Part shown: piece after piece, positions 28,068-38,639 of the stretch
Layout: each line of letters begins with the position of its first letter
How positions within the stretch are numbered: the stretch's first letter is position 1
Origin: an uncultured Christensenella sp.
GTDB taxonomy: Bacteria > Bacillota > Clostridia > Christensenellales > UBA1242
Assembly (NCBI GenBank): GCA_964579205.1
Contig: CAZOFH010000001.1
Span: forward strand, 73,386-137,385
DNA length: 64,000 nt
Direction: 5' to 3'
The notes under the pieces: generated by a model
Database searches by the model: none
What the model was told of the DNA's origin: nothing
What the model saw: only the letters and a program-made list of their open reading frames with translations
Position numbers and translations under genes: made by a program

Positions 28068-29332
28068 ATATTATATCTCTCCCTCAAATTAGCAATTTTC
28101 GCCAAAGCGCGCTCCGCAAGACGCTTTTTCTTGTCTTGTTTGGGCGCGTCAATCGGCTTTATCAACCCCCAGTTTATGTGCATTGGCTGAAAATTATTTG
28201 TACTACCGCAGAGCAAATAATTTTGCATAGCACCTAAACATGTCTCGGTAGTACAATCTACCAAAGGCTGGGAGTCGATATATTTTATCATATTTATCGC
28301 ACAAAGTAAACCGCTTGCGACAGATTCGATATAACCTTCTACCCCACTAATCTGCCCTGCAAAAAATATGTTGGGCTGACTCTTGAGTTGAAAAAACTTG
28401 TTGAGATATTTGGGCGCGTTGATATAAGTATTCCTATGCATTACCCCAAATCGCAACCATTCAGCCTTCTTGAGTGCGGGGATTTTTGAGAAAACTTCGC
28501 GTTGCGCAGGGAAAGTCAAATTCGTCTGGAAACCGACGAGGTTGTACATAGTCCCCTCGAGATTTTCCTTACGCAACTGCACCACAGCATACGTTTCTGG
28601 AGCATCAAATCGAGTTGGCTTGAGCGGACCACAACGCATTACATCGAATCCGCGCTTTGCCATTACCTCGATAGGCAGACACGCCTCAAAATTGATTTCC
28701 TTTTCAAACTGGTGCAACTCCACTCTTTGCGCATTCTGCAGAGCCTCGCAAAAGTCGACATATTCGCCTTTTGCCATCGGACAGTTGATATACCCCTCAT
28801 CCGCCTCATAAGCAAAATCGTAGTCGATGCTTTCGCCACTGACAATAGGTGCGACCGCGTCATAAAAATATAACTTTTCGCCAATCAAACTACCCAAAAA
28901 ATCTGACAATTTGTCACTGCATAGAGGTCCTGCGGCGACTATAATCGGGTCGGTCTGACAAAAGGAAACTACCTCTTGATTGATAATATTGATATAAGGA
29001 TTGGCGCGCACCTCTTCGGTCACCAGCCGACTAAACTTTTCCCTGTCGACAGTGAGCGCCTGAGTGGATGGCAAGGCACTCGCTCTCGCGCATTTTAGCA
29101 ATTCACAGTCGAGCGCCCGCATCTCTGCCTTGAGCAGACCTGTCGCAAAATCTAAAGTATCTGATTTGAGCGAATTGGAGCAAACCAACTCGGCAAAATC
29201 GGGATTGTGATGCGCGGGTGAATATTGAGTAGGCTTCATCTCGTACAAATCCACATAGACTCCTGCCTTTGCTAATTGCAATGCAGCCTCACACCCCGCG
29301 AGTCCCGCTCCTATAACACAAACTTTTTTCAA
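28064..29332 (-). CDS. trmFO: methylenetetrahydrofolate--tRNA-(uracil54-C5)-methyltransferase TrmFO
   Basis: TTG start 8 nt after GGAG gives LKKVCVIGAGLAGCEAA. The ORF-track extension overlaps topA. Confidence 0.92.
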   Translation of the reverse strand: MKKVCVIGAGLAGCEAALQLAKAGVYVDLYEMKPTQYSPAHHNPDFAELVCSNSLKSDTLDFATGLLKAEMRALDCELLKCARASALPSTQALTVDREKFSRLVTEEVRANPYINIINQEVVSFCQTDPIIVAAGPLCSDKLSDFLGSLIGEKLYFYDAVAPIVSGESIDYDFAYEADEGYINCPMAKGEYVDFCEALQNAQRVELHQFEKEINFEACLPIEVMAKRGFDVMRCGPLKPTRFDAPETYAVVQLRKENLEGTMYNLVGFQTNLTFPAQREVFSKIPALKKAEWLRFGVMHRNTYINAPKYLNKFFQLKSQPNIFFAGQISGVEGYIESVASGLLCAINMIKYIDSQPLVDCTTETCLGAMQNYLLCGSTNNFQPMHINWGLIKPIDAPKQDKKKRLAERALAKIANLRERYNI

Positions 29333-29334
29333 TA

Positions 29335-31785
29335 TCAATTCTCCACTTTTTCTGATTGTGAATTTTCCGTCTTTGGCAAAGGCTTGAGATTTTTGCAATT
29401 TGGGTAATTGCTGCACGACAAAAATTTGCCATACCTGCCCATCCTCTCTACCATTTTGCCGCCACACTTTTCGCAAATTTCATCCGTCTCTTTGGGCGGA
29501 GTGGCTGCACGATTGTTCTTGATAAAATCACAATTAGGATAATCGCTGCACGCCAAGAACTTACCATACTTGCCAGTCTTGATGACTAGCGGGCTGCCAC
29601 ATTTTGGGCAAGCGCCCCCCTCTTGCAAAGTGTCATTCGCATTAGGAACCGCTTCGCCAGCAGCATTAATCTTCATACTATTCTTGCACTCAGGGTAATT
29701 GCTGCACGACAAAAATTTGCCATATTTGCCTGTACGCTCTACCATTTTGTGACCGCATTTGTCGCAAACAATATCGGTCTCTTTTGCAGGAGACCCGCCG
29801 TCAATATTACGCTTGAAAGTACATGTCGGATAATTGCTACAAGCCAAAAACTTGCCATACTTGCCAGTGCGGATCACCATTTTTGCCCCACATTCAGGGC
29901 AAACCTCATCCGTATCCTCTGCGGGAGTGCCGCCAGCGAGCTCCGTCCGAATATTCTTGATATTCTTGCAACTTGGGTAATTGCTGCAGCACATAAATCT
30001 ACCGTACCTACCCGTACGGATAACCATTGCGCTACCACATTTGTCACAAATCTCTTCGGTAGGCTCGACAGCAGAAATCAAAGCGTCAGTCGCTGCATCC
30101 ATCTGCTTTTTGAAACCTGCATAAAAGGTCTCCAAAACCTGATGCCAGTCCTTTTCGCCGTCAGCGATTTCGTCCAAGTCCGACTCCATATCCGCAGTAA
30201 AGCCGATATTCATCACATCAGGGAAATGCTCCACTAGCAAATCAGTCACAGCAAAACCCAGTTCGGTCGGGCGGATAGCCTTGCCCTCGTTCTCAACATA
30301 TTTTCTATTAAACAACACCGAAATCGTAGGCGTATACGTAGCAGGACGACCGATACCCTTTTCTTCCATTGCCTTGACAAGGCTAGCCTCGGTATAGCGC
30401 GCAGGTGGCTTGGTAAATTTTTGCTCCGTCTTGAGCCCTAACAAATCCACTACTTCTCCCTCAGAGAGCGCAGGAATGTGTGCTTGAGCAGACTCGTCCT
30501 TTTCTTTATCTTTTGGGACATACTCTTGATACAACCTAGTAAAACCGTCAAACACTGGCGTACGACCAGTCGCCCTAAAGGTATAGTCCTTGACCGCCAC
30601 ATCGACCGAAACAGAATTGTAAGTAGCGCTACTCATCTGACTCGCCAAGAATCGCTCATAGATAAGCTTGTACAACTTGTAATTATCCTCGGGAATGTGC
30701 CCCTTGACGCTATCAGGCGTAATATCTATATATATAGGTCTAATCGCCTCGTGGGCATCTTGAGCAGATTTTTTTGATTTGTACACATTAGGCGTCTCTG
30801 GATAATAATTGGCACCGAATTTTTGGATAATATAATCCTTTGCCATTTTTTGAGCCTCAGGCGAAACACGCACTGAGTCGGTACGGATGTAGGTAATGAG
30901 CGCCGTCTTGCCCTTGCCCGGCAACTCTACACCCTCGTAGAGATTCTGCGCCGATTGAGTAGTACGCTTGAGCGACATACCCATTTTGTTGAGCGCGTCC
31001 TGCTGCATACTACTGGTAATATAAGGAGCAGGCGGATGCGACTTGGTCACACTCTTTTTGATATTGGCGATGCTCCACGGCTGGTCGGCAATATCTGATA
31101 AAAAGGCATCTTTCTCCTGCTCGTTGGCAATCTTGTACTTTTTGTTATTCTTGTTGAGCAAGGCAGCCTTAAACGACTGTGCCTTGTCACCGTGCTTTGA
31201 CAAGGTGGCATTGACAGCCCACCATTCCTCTGGCTTGAAATTGACAATCTCACGCTCACGCTCTACCACCAATTTGAGCGTTACCGACTGCACACGCCCC
31301 GCACTGAGTTTGGGCTGAATGCGCTTGCACAGAATTGGCGACAACTTGTAACCCACTATCCTATCTAATATCCTACGCGTCTGCTGAGCGTCTACCAGTC
31401 GCAAATCAAGCGCCCTAGGCTGCTGAATAGCCTTTTGCACCGCGTTCTTGGAAATCTCGTTGAACTCAATACGAATATTGTCATTGGGATTGAGATTGAG
31501 CACGTGCGCGACGTGCCAAGAAATCGCCTCTCCCTCTCTATCAGGGTCGGTCGCGAGCAAAATCTGCTGCGCCTTGCTAGCGATACTCTCTAGCGACTTG
31601 ACCACATCTTTTTTGTCTGGCAAAATCTCATACTCTGGTGAAAAGTTATTATTGATATCCACACCGAAGCCGTGAACAGGCAAGTCTCTGACATGTCCCT
31701 TGGTCGCAAAAACCTCATAGTCTTCGCCAAGATACTTTTTGATAGTAGCACGCTTACCTGGACCCTCGATGACAACTAATTTCAT
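29335..31785 (-). CDS. topA: DNA topoisomerase I with multiple C-terminal C4 zinc ribbons
   Basis: 816 aa from MKLVVIEGPGK. Toprim domain, active-site region YIRTDS, and five CxxC..CxxC repeats. Confidence 0.97.
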   Translation of the reverse strand: MKLVVIEGPGKRATIKKYLGEDYEVFATKGHVRDLPVHGFGVDINNNFSPEYEILPDKKDVVKSLESIASKAQQILLATDPDREGEAISWHVAHVLNLNPNDNIRIEFNEISKNAVQKAIQQPRALDLRLVDAQQTRRILDRIVGYKLSPILCKRIQPKLSAGRVQSVTLKLVVEREREIVNFKPEEWWAVNATLSKHGDKAQSFKAALLNKNNKKYKIANEQEKDAFLSDIADQPWSIANIKKSVTKSHPPAPYITSSMQQDALNKMGMSLKRTTQSAQNLYEGVELPGKGKTALITYIRTDSVRVSPEAQKMAKDYIIQKFGANYYPETPNVYKSKKSAQDAHEAIRPIYIDITPDSVKGHIPEDNYKLYKLIYERFLASQMSSATYNSVSVDVAVKDYTFRATGRTPVFDGFTRLYQEYVPKDKEKDESAQAHIPALSEGEVVDLLGLKTEQKFTKPPARYTEASLVKAMEEKGIGRPATYTPTISVLFNRKYVENEGKAIRPTELGFAVTDLLVEHFPDVMNIGFTADMESDLDEIADGEKDWHQVLETFYAGFKKQMDAATDALISAVEPTEEICDKCGSAMVIRTGRYGRFMCCSNYPSCKNIKNIRTELAGGTPAEDTDEVCPECGAKMVIRTGKYGKFLACSNYPTCTFKRNIDGGSPAKETDIVCDKCGHKMVERTGKYGKFLSCSNYPECKNSMKINAAGEAVPNANDTLQEGGACPKCGSPLVIKTGKYGKFLACSDYPNCDFIKNNRAATPPKETDEICEKCGGKMVERMGRYGKFLSCSNYPNCKNLKPLPKTENSQSEKVEN

Positions 31786-31885
31786 AAACCCTCCTAACCC
31801 CGAGTCTATTTTTCTGCAAGCCATTTGAGGACGGCAAATCCAACAAACAAGCAAACAACAATAGGTGCAATAGTACTAAACATAT

Positions 31886-33007
31886 TCAATCCTTCCTTGC
31901 ATAAAAATTACCCGGTAGTTTTTTAATTAAACCACGAATTTCCATTAATGTCAACAATCCGAGCAACTTTTTGGTATCAAAATTCAAAATTTTTGCAATT
32001 TCGTCGAGATGAGCGTCCTCATCGCGCACAATTTCTAGCACACTACTCTCTTCCTCACGAAGGTTCATAGTCCTATCCACACGGCTAATCGGACGCTGAT
32101 TTTGGTTAATCAACTCGCACAGTGCCACCTGATCATTGAGCCTATCGACAATCTCTTGGGGCTCGGTCACACAGGTAGAACCAAAATGCTTGATAAGGTC
32201 ATTGGTACCTTGGCTAGCGGTGCTATTGCAGTTACCCGGTAGCGCAAACACCTCTCGAGACAAATCGGTAGCAAAATTGACCGTATGCAATGCGCCACTA
32301 TCTCTACGAGCCTCAGTCACCAACACACCCTCGCAAAGGGCGGCTATTATCCTATTCCTACGCACAAAAGCAAAACTTTTTGGGACATAGTCGGGATAAA
32401 ACTCGGTCACTAATAATCCACCACTCTTTGCAATGTCGCGAGCGAGATTGGTATTGATAGCAGGATAAATCATCTTTAGCCCGTTCGCAACTACCGCGAT
32501 AGTTTTGCCATTGTTTTTGACCGCAGTTTCGTGCGCGACTGCATCAATCCCTTCGGACAAGCCGCTGACAACAGTAAAACCAGCATTGCACAACTCTCGC
32601 GCAAATCTCTCTGTCTGCTCTCTACCATACCGAGTGCATACACGCGAACCTACAATACCTACATTCCTGCCATTGATTAGCGACCAATCACCGACATAAT
32701 ATAGCACAAATGGAGGATAATCCAATTCACGCAATTTGTCGGGATATTCGTCTTGATACATACACACATACTTTATTTTGGAGCCGCTATCCAATTCGGC
32801 AATTACCTTGTCTAATAGCCCGCTATGCCTCACATCCATCAAATCCCTAAACTCACGCCCAGACAACTGATATACAATCTTGCCCTCATACTTGTCTAGA
32901 GCCCACATATCTTCGGGATTTTCATAAGTAGAAAACAGACTATACAAAGCGCCAAAGTCCAAATCACACATAGACAGCCAAATAAAGATTTTATCTATTA
33001 ATTTCAT
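31886..33007 (-). CDS. dprA: DNA-processing protein DprA (Smf)
   Basis: Rossmann-like core VGSRVCTRYG...SGLSEGIDAVAH, upstream of topA as in Bacillus. Confidence 0.9.
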   Translation of the reverse strand: MKLIDKIFIWLSMCDLDFGALYSLFSTYENPEDMWALDKYEGKIVYQLSGREFRDLMDVRHSGLLDKVIAELDSGSKIKYVCMYQDEYPDKLRELDYPPFVLYYVGDWSLINGRNVGIVGSRVCTRYGREQTERFARELCNAGFTVVSGLSEGIDAVAHETAVKNNGKTIAVVANGLKMIYPAINTNLARDIAKSGGLLVTEFYPDYVPKSFAFVRRNRIIAALCEGVLVTEARRDSGALHTVNFATDLSREVFALPGNCNSTASQGTNDLIKHFGSTCVTEPQEIVDRLNDQVALCELINQNQRPISRVDRTMNLREEESSVLEIVRDEDAHLDEIAKILNFDTKKLLGLLTLMEIRGLIKKLPGNFYARKD

Positions 33008-33009
33008 AC

Positions 33010-34545
33010 TTACATCCAATACTTTTTATCCAAAGAACGATAACTGATAGCCTCTGCCACGTGTGAAATGCCGATATTCTCGCTATCATCCAAATCCGCA
33101 ATAGTACGCGCCACCTTGAGCACACGGCCGTATGCGCGCGCGGACAAATTTAGTTTGTCAAAAGCCTCCTTGATGAGTTGCTCACTCTCTGCATCAAGCT
33201 TGCAATAAGTGTTGACCTGATTTGAGGACATTTTTGCATTACACTTGGTCGAGGTGCCCTCAAATCTCTTGAGCTGGATACGCCTAGCCTTGTTGACTCT
33301 CTCTCGAATGTCGGCGCTCTTTTCCTCTAGCCTATCAGTCACCTTCAAATCTTCATACGAAACTCCGTCCACCTCGATATGCAGGTCAATCCTATCCATC
33401 AGAGGACCGCTCATTTTCTCCAAATACTTGTGAATTTGCGATGGAGAGCAACGGCATTCTTTTGTCTTGCTACCGTAGTTGCCGCAAGGGCAAGGGTTCA
33501 TACTAGCGAGCAGCATAAACTGCGCTGGATATTCAATAGTATTATTCACACGAGCCACTGTAATGGTACCATCCTCGAGCGGCTGCCGCAAAGTCTCTAG
33601 CGTCTTGCGGTTGTACTCTGGCAATTCATCCAAAAACAGTACCCCGTTGTGAGCCATACTGATCTCGCCCGGTTTTGCCTTGGCACCGCCACCAGTCAAA
33701 GTAATCGCGGTGGTCGTGTGGTGCGGCGAACGGAAAGGTCTGCGCCATACGATACCCTCACTCGGATCCAAAATACCTGAGATACTGTGAATCTTGGTCA
33801 CCTCGAGAGCCTCTTCAAAAGTCATCCCCGGCAAAATAGTCGGCATACAGCGCGCGAGCATAGTCTTGCCGGCGCCCGGAGGTCCAATCATCATCAAATT
33901 GTGCCCACCAGCGGCAGCGATCTCCATAGCCCTCTTGGCAGCGGTCTGACCACGCACATAGCACATATCATTCTGCTCGGTGACAGGCAACTGCAAATCA
34001 AAAAAATTGCGGTGCACAATAGGCTGCACAGGGATAGTACCACCTAGATGATATACGACATCTGCTAGCGTCTTGGCGGGGTATATCTCCACCCCGTCGA
34101 TAAAACTAGCCTCGACAGCATTTTCCGCTGGAATAAACACCTTTTTGTGCCCCAAAGACCTAGCAGCAATCAAAAGCGGCAAAACGCCTTGAGCCCTACG
34201 GACTGAGCCATCTAACCCAAGTTCGCCCACAAACGCGTAATCATTGATATTAGGACAAACAATCTCACCAGTACAAATCATTAGTGCAATCGCTATTGGC
34301 AAGTCATAGATGGGTCCCTCTTTTTTGGTGTCTGCAGGGGCTAGGTTGACCGTCAACTTGAGCATAGGGAACTTGAACAGCGAATTTTTGATAGCGCTGC
34401 GAATTCTCTCCTTACTCTCCTTGATTGCGGTGTCAGGCAAACCTACGATATCGAATTTTGGCAAACCGTTATTCAAATCAGCCTCGACGACGAGGTCAAA
34501 TCCCTCGATACCAGTCAGCCCCAATGTTTTAACTTTTGCTAACAT
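33010..34545 (-). CDS. comM: YifB/ComM family Mg-chelatase-like AAA+ ATPase
   Basis: 511 aa from MLAKVKTLGLTGIEG with an AAGGAGAG RBS. Walker A GPPGAGKTMLA and LFLDELPE. Confidence 0.92.
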   Translation of the reverse strand: MLAKVKTLGLTGIEGFDLVVEADLNNGLPKFDIVGLPDTAIKESKERIRSAIKNSLFKFPMLKLTVNLAPADTKKEGPIYDLPIAIALMICTGEIVCPNINDYAFVGELGLDGSVRRAQGVLPLLIAARSLGHKKVFIPAENAVEASFIDGVEIYPAKTLADVVYHLGGTIPVQPIVHRNFFDLQLPVTEQNDMCYVRGQTAAKRAMEIAAAGGHNLMMIGPPGAGKTMLARCMPTILPGMTFEEALEVTKIHSISGILDPSEGIVWRRPFRSPHHTTTAITLTGGGAKAKPGEISMAHNGVLFLDELPEYNRKTLETLRQPLEDGTITVARVNNTIEYPAQFMLLASMNPCPCGNYGSKTKECRCSPSQIHKYLEKMSGPLMDRIDLHIEVDGVSYEDLKVTDRLEEKSADIRERVNKARRIQLKRFEGTSTKCNAKMSSNQVNTYCKLDAESEQLIKEAFDKLNLSARAYGRVLKVARTIADLDDSENIGISHVAEAISYRSLDKKYWM

Positions 34546-34745
34546 TTTACTCTCCTTTGTGATTTCTAGCATATATATTAGCACAAATTTTTAAAATTGC
34601 AAGCCCTTTTTTAAAATTTTAGAAAATATGTTTGCTTTTTTAATATTTTTTGTATTTTTTTGTAAAATTCGCATTTTATACTTGACAAATACATAAATAT
34701 ATGGCAAAATAATAAAACTATATTGAGCCAAGGTGGTGAGAAAAG

Positions 34746-34922
34746 ATGACAATGATCGTTGTTGGCAAGGATGAGTCTTTGGACAGCGCTTTAAAGAGAT
34801 TCAAGCGTAAGTGTCAAAAAGATGGCATCATTGGCGATTTGCGCAAGCACGAGGCATATGAAAAGCCTAGTGTAAAACGCAAAAAGAAGAGCGAGGCTGC
34901 GCGCAAACGCAACAGAAAGTAA
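34746..34922 (+). CDS. rpsU: 30S ribosomal protein S21
   Basis: 58 aa, [29 protein letters not shown]...; below the ORF-track cutoff. GGTGGTGAG RBS. Confidence 0.9.
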   Translation: MTMIVVGKDESLDSALKRFKRKCQKDGIIGDLRKHEAYEKPSVKRKKKSEAARKRNRK

Positions 34923-34925
34923 CAG

Positions 34926-34954
34926 ATGAGGCGGACTGCCTCATTTTTGTTTTT
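34926..34954 (+). terminator. intrinsic terminator after rpsU
   Basis: ATGAGGC-GGACT-GCCTCAT hairpin followed by TTTTTGTTTTT. Confidence 0.85.
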
Positions 34955-34996
34955 AAAAATCTATCGAGTGAAATAACGCAACAAAAAGGAGTAATG

Positions 34997-35539
34997 ATGA
35001 AAAAAGAGGATTATCTAGACATCGAGCGCAAACTAGGCTACACTTTTGAAAACAAAGGACTATTGCGGCAGGCATTCGTGCGCAGGACATTTGCCCTAGA
35101 GAATGGCGGCGCTGATAATGAGATACTAGAATTCGTCGGTGACCAGGCACTAGACGCTGTGGCTACCCGCCTATTGGTCACTAGGTATGGCGAATTCGCC
35201 CCACTATTCACCCACGACGAACAATGCACGCTGAGGGAGTTTTGCTGCACCAAAACGGAAGGCGAACTCACCGAACTCAAAAAAGAACTGGTAAAACGCG
35301 AAACTCTCGCCAGATGCATCACTAGCCTAGGTTTTACGCAATATCTGATAATGGGCAAGGGCGACATAAAAAACAGAATCGACCGCGAAGAAAAGGTCAA
35401 AGAAGATGTCTTTGAGGCGCTCATAGGCGCAGTCACCATCGACTCAAACTGGAACCTAGACGCCATCTACACCGCAGTCGACCACCTACTCCACCCCGAC
35501 GAAATACTACACGCACACCCGCTGCGACAAGATAACTAA
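34997..35539 (+). CDS. RNase III catalytic-domain protein without dsRBD
   Basis: 180 aa with the NEILEFVGDQALD signature and DVFEALIGAV. It ends before any dsRNA-binding domain. Confidence 0.75.
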   Translation: MKKEDYLDIERKLGYTFENKGLLRQAFVRRTFALENGGADNEILEFVGDQALDAVATRLLVTRYGEFAPLFTHDEQCTLREFCCTKTEGELTELKKELVKRETLARCITSLGFTQYLIMGKGDIKNRIDREEKVKEDVFEALIGAVTIDSNWNLDAIYTAVDHLLHPDEILHAHPLRQDN

Positions 35540-35600
35540 AAAAGGACGAAATCCAAAGTGAACTCCCATAGGGCACTCTTATCTCGTCCTTTTCTTTTTA
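35538..35600. terminator. bidirectional terminator between the RNase III-like gene and serS
   Basis: AGGACGA...TCGTCCT stem with an inner CCC-ATA-GGG hairpin, flanked by A-run and T-run. Confidence 0.55.
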
Positions 35601-35615
35601 CTTTTTTATTAGTGA

Positions 35616-36908
35616 TTACTTTTTGATTGGCTCCAATCTCTCCAGCCCGCCCATAAACGGACGCAAAACCTCAGGGATAGTCACCGAACCATCAGCATTT
35701 TGATACTGCTCTACGATGGCAGGTATCACGCGTGCAGTCGCCAAGCCCGAGCCATTGAGCGTGTGGACAAAAGCATTTTTGCCCTGCTCATTCTTGTACT
35801 TGGTATTGCTCCTGATAGCCTGAAAAGTACGCGCATTAGACACACTGCTGACCTCTTTGTAAATACCCATACTAGGTATCCAAACCTCGATGTCGTACGT
35901 CCTAGCCATAGTGCCAGCGACGTCACCAGCAGCGAGTTTTGAAAGCTGGTAGTGCAGCCCCAACTTTTGCACCAGACTCTGAGCCTTGTTGACCAATTCC
36001 TCAAACATTGCGTCAGACTGGTCAGGGCGCGCATAACTAATCATCTCTACCTTGTTGAATTGATGCCCGCGTATCATACCACGCTCTTCGGCGCGATAAC
36101 TGCCTGCCTCTTTTCTAAAACAAGGGCTGTATGCAAACATCCTAAGTGGCAACTGATCAAAAGGAATGACCTCGTTGGCATATAGGTTGACCATAGCGGT
36201 CTCGGCGGTCGGCAGCAAAAATTGCTTTATCGAGTCGCTGCTAGCCTTGTCAACATAGTAGACATCCTCTTCGCCAAATTTGGGGAATTGACCACTCCCA
36301 AAGCCGCACTTTTCGTTCAAAAGCTCGGGCGGCAAAACAAACTCGTACCCGTCCTTGAGATGCTCAGAGATAAAGAAGTTTAGCAATGCCCACTCTAGTT
36401 GCGCGCCAAGCCCTCTGTATATCCAAAAGCCATTTCCGCTCAACTTGGTCGCGCGCTCGTAGTCGATGAGCCCAAGGCTCTCGCACAACTCAATGTGACT
36501 CTTTGGCTCAAAGTCAAACTGTGGCTTGGTACCGAAGGTAAAGATCGGCTCGTTTGCCTCTTTGCCACCAGCGACGATGTCGTCATCAGGCATATTGGGC
36601 AGGCTCAGCTGAATCTGCTGCCATTGCTCGAATATGCTACCTAGAGTCTTCTCTTTCTCTGCGATTTGCTCGCCTAATTGCCTAGTAGACAGGATAATGT
36701 CGTCCACAGGCTTGCCCTCTTTTTTGAGTTGCGGCACAAGGCTAGATGCCTTGTTGCGCTCAGCCTTGAGAGACTCGATCTCATTGAGAGCCTCTCTGTA
36801 TTGCTCATCCACGCGCAAAAATCCCTCTGCGTCAAACTCAAAGCCCCTCTTTGCGAGAGCAGCCTTGACTTTCTGCGGATTTTCTCTTATCAAATTAATA
36901 TCAATCAT
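35616..36908 (-). CDS. serS: serine--tRNA ligase
   Basis: 430 aa with an N-terminal coiled-coil arm and class II core (FRKEAGS, TLNGSGLA). Confidence 0.96.
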   Translation of the reverse strand: MIDINLIRENPQKVKAALAKRGFEFDAEGFLRVDEQYREALNEIESLKAERNKASSLVPQLKKEGKPVDDIILSTRQLGEQIAEKEKTLGSIFEQWQQIQLSLPNMPDDDIVAGGKEANEPIFTFGTKPQFDFEPKSHIELCESLGLIDYERATKLSGNGFWIYRGLGAQLEWALLNFFISEHLKDGYEFVLPPELLNEKCGFGSGQFPKFGEEDVYYVDKASSDSIKQFLLPTAETAMVNLYANEVIPFDQLPLRMFAYSPCFRKEAGSYRAEERGMIRGHQFNKVEMISYARPDQSDAMFEELVNKAQSLVQKLGLHYQLSKLAAGDVAGTMARTYDIEVWIPSMGIYKEVSSVSNARTFQAIRSNTKYKNEQGKNAFVHTLNGSGLATARVIPAIVEQYQNADGSVTIPEVLRPFMGGLERLEPIKK

Positions 36909-36922
36909 AATTCACTCCAAAT

Positions 36923-38482
36923 TTATATACTCAGCAATTTTATCAGACTGTCCCTGTCGATAGCAGTCAAGAATAGATACAGTCTAGGTCCCTTTGACTT
37001 GCCCAACAACAGGTTGTACACAATCTCAAAAAATCTCTTTTGCCTAGCCTTGTCTGGCTCGCCATTGATCTTTGGGATGTCGTACAATAGCGTCTGCATC
37101 TCCTCTTGCCCCATATCTCTATCACGTATCGACGCTAGCAGCACCTCTACCCAGCCGCGCTCCTCACTAGAGAGCATGCTAGCAAACTCAGTGTTGACAT
37201 CTGCCAAAAGCGTATTGATAGACTCAGGACAATAATTCTTGAGCCAGTAGGTGATCCTCTCGAATCTATCCTCGATCTGCTCACGAGTACAGGTCTCGCC
37301 CACTTTATTTAGCAGGCTCACCAGCATATCTAGGTCAAAATTGACAATAGGTGCAAAAGCGGCAATGTTTTGCGCGCTCACAGGACAGTGACAATATTCG
37401 CCCTTGGTGCTAGATAGCGCCATCTCCATAATGCGATTCACTACCTCATCAGCCTCACCCGAAATGTAACTAGCGTACATCCTGTCGAACTCGTGATAGG
37501 TACGCAGCACGTCTTCGTCTAGCGAAATGTCAAAAGCCTTTTCTGGCAAAAACCTAGTGAACATCCACAAGATTATCTCAGGCGAATATACCTTGAGCAT
37601 CTTGGCAGGGGTCATTACATTACCCTTGCTACTACTCATTTTGCCATTCAAGCCCTTGATACCGATAAACTCATACCCGCGATATAGCGGGGCCTCACCA
37701 CCGAAGATCGGCCCCACGATAGCGCTAGCCACCTGCGCACTGCCACCCTCGGTACTATGATCCTTGCCACCCGGCTCAAAGCAGATGTGCTCTCTCGCCC
37801 AACGCATAGGCCAGTCAGCCTTCCACACTAGTTTTGCATTGTGATCGGCACGCAGGTCAATAGTGCCTGAGTAGCCACATTTACATTCATAATCGAGTAC
37901 CGCCCCATTCTCTCGGTCGGCTAGCACCGTGGTCGTGTGCTTGTGACACTGAGGACAGTAAACCTGCACAGGGTAATATTGCTCCCGCTCTTGTGCACTC
38001 TCCTCTTGCGTCTTGAAACTCATAATAATGTCATAAATCTCGCGCCTCTTTTGCACTGCCAAAATGATACTGTCTGCATAATCGCCACGCAGGTAGCGCT
38101 CAGACTGTCTCACGTGCTCTACCTGCACGCCCAGAGTATCGAGAGCCTCTACAAAAGGCTGCTCAAAGTGCCTCGCCCAACTGTCGTGACAGCCCATAGG
38201 GTCAGGAATGTCGTCTAACGCGCACTTGACATATTTTACAAAGTCCTGATTTTGGTCGGCAGGGACCTTGCGCAATCCGTCAAAGTTGTCCCAAAAGAAC
38301 AAAAAGCGCGTCTTTTTGCCCCTGTCTTGCAAAGCTTTGACCACAAACCAAGTCGTGATCACCTCGCGCAAATTACCCATATGCACCTCGCCACTAGGGC
38401 TAATACCACTAGCGCAGGTAAAAACCTCAGCATCAGGATATTTTGCTATTACCTGTTCTGCAATTTCGTCTGCCCAATACAT
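36923..38482 (-). CDS. lysS: class I lysine--tRNA ligase
   Basis: 519 aa with SGISPSGEVHMGNLRE (HIGH-type) and KMSSSKG (KMSKS). No class II motifs. Confidence 0.88.
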   Translation of the reverse strand: MYWADEIAEQVIAKYPDAEVFTCASGISPSGEVHMGNLREVITTWFVVKALQDRGKKTRFLFFWDNFDGLRKVPADQNQDFVKYVKCALDDIPDPMGCHDSWARHFEQPFVEALDTLGVQVEHVRQSERYLRGDYADSIILAVQKRREIYDIIMSFKTQEESAQEREQYYPVQVYCPQCHKHTTTVLADRENGAVLDYECKCGYSGTIDLRADHNAKLVWKADWPMRWAREHICFEPGGKDHSTEGGSAQVASAIVGPIFGGEAPLYRGYEFIGIKGLNGKMSSSKGNVMTPAKMLKVYSPEIILWMFTRFLPEKAFDISLDEDVLRTYHEFDRMYASYISGEADEVVNRIMEMALSSTKGEYCHCPVSAQNIAAFAPIVNFDLDMLVSLLNKVGETCTREQIEDRFERITYWLKNYCPESINTLLADVNTEFASMLSSEERGWVEVLLASIRDRDMGQEEMQTLLYDIPKINGEPDKARQKRFFEIVYNLLLGKSKGPRLYLFLTAIDRDSLIKLLSI

Positions 38483-38519
38483 AATTATCTCCTAAACAAT
38501 AAAATAATAATACTCTTTT

Positions 38520-38548
38520 ATTTTATATCAAATTTTGAGATAAGTCAA
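38520..38548 (-). promoter_or_regulatory. sigma-A type promoter of lysS-serS
   Basis: TTGACT, 17 nt, TAAAAT. The leader is only about 30 nt, so there is no room for a T-box. Confidence 0.5.
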
Positions 38549-38639
38549 GGCATAAGCGTATGAAAAAATCAAAATACTTGACATTTTCTACTTGCTAAAA
38601 AGTTGAATTTGTGCTAGCATTAGAAAAAGCGAGGTAAAA

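Noticed and set aside
33008-33019. TTG start for dprA overlapping the comM stop
   Set aside because: The ATG at 33007 (MKLIDK...) just after the comM stop is the more conventional start. The difference of 4 codons cannot be settled from sequence.
38483-38639. T-box leaders upstream of lysS/serS, and upstream of hisS at 26141-26152
   Set aside because: The spacers are far too short (about 30-nt leader; 12-nt gap), and no specifier, T-box or antiterminator sequence is present.
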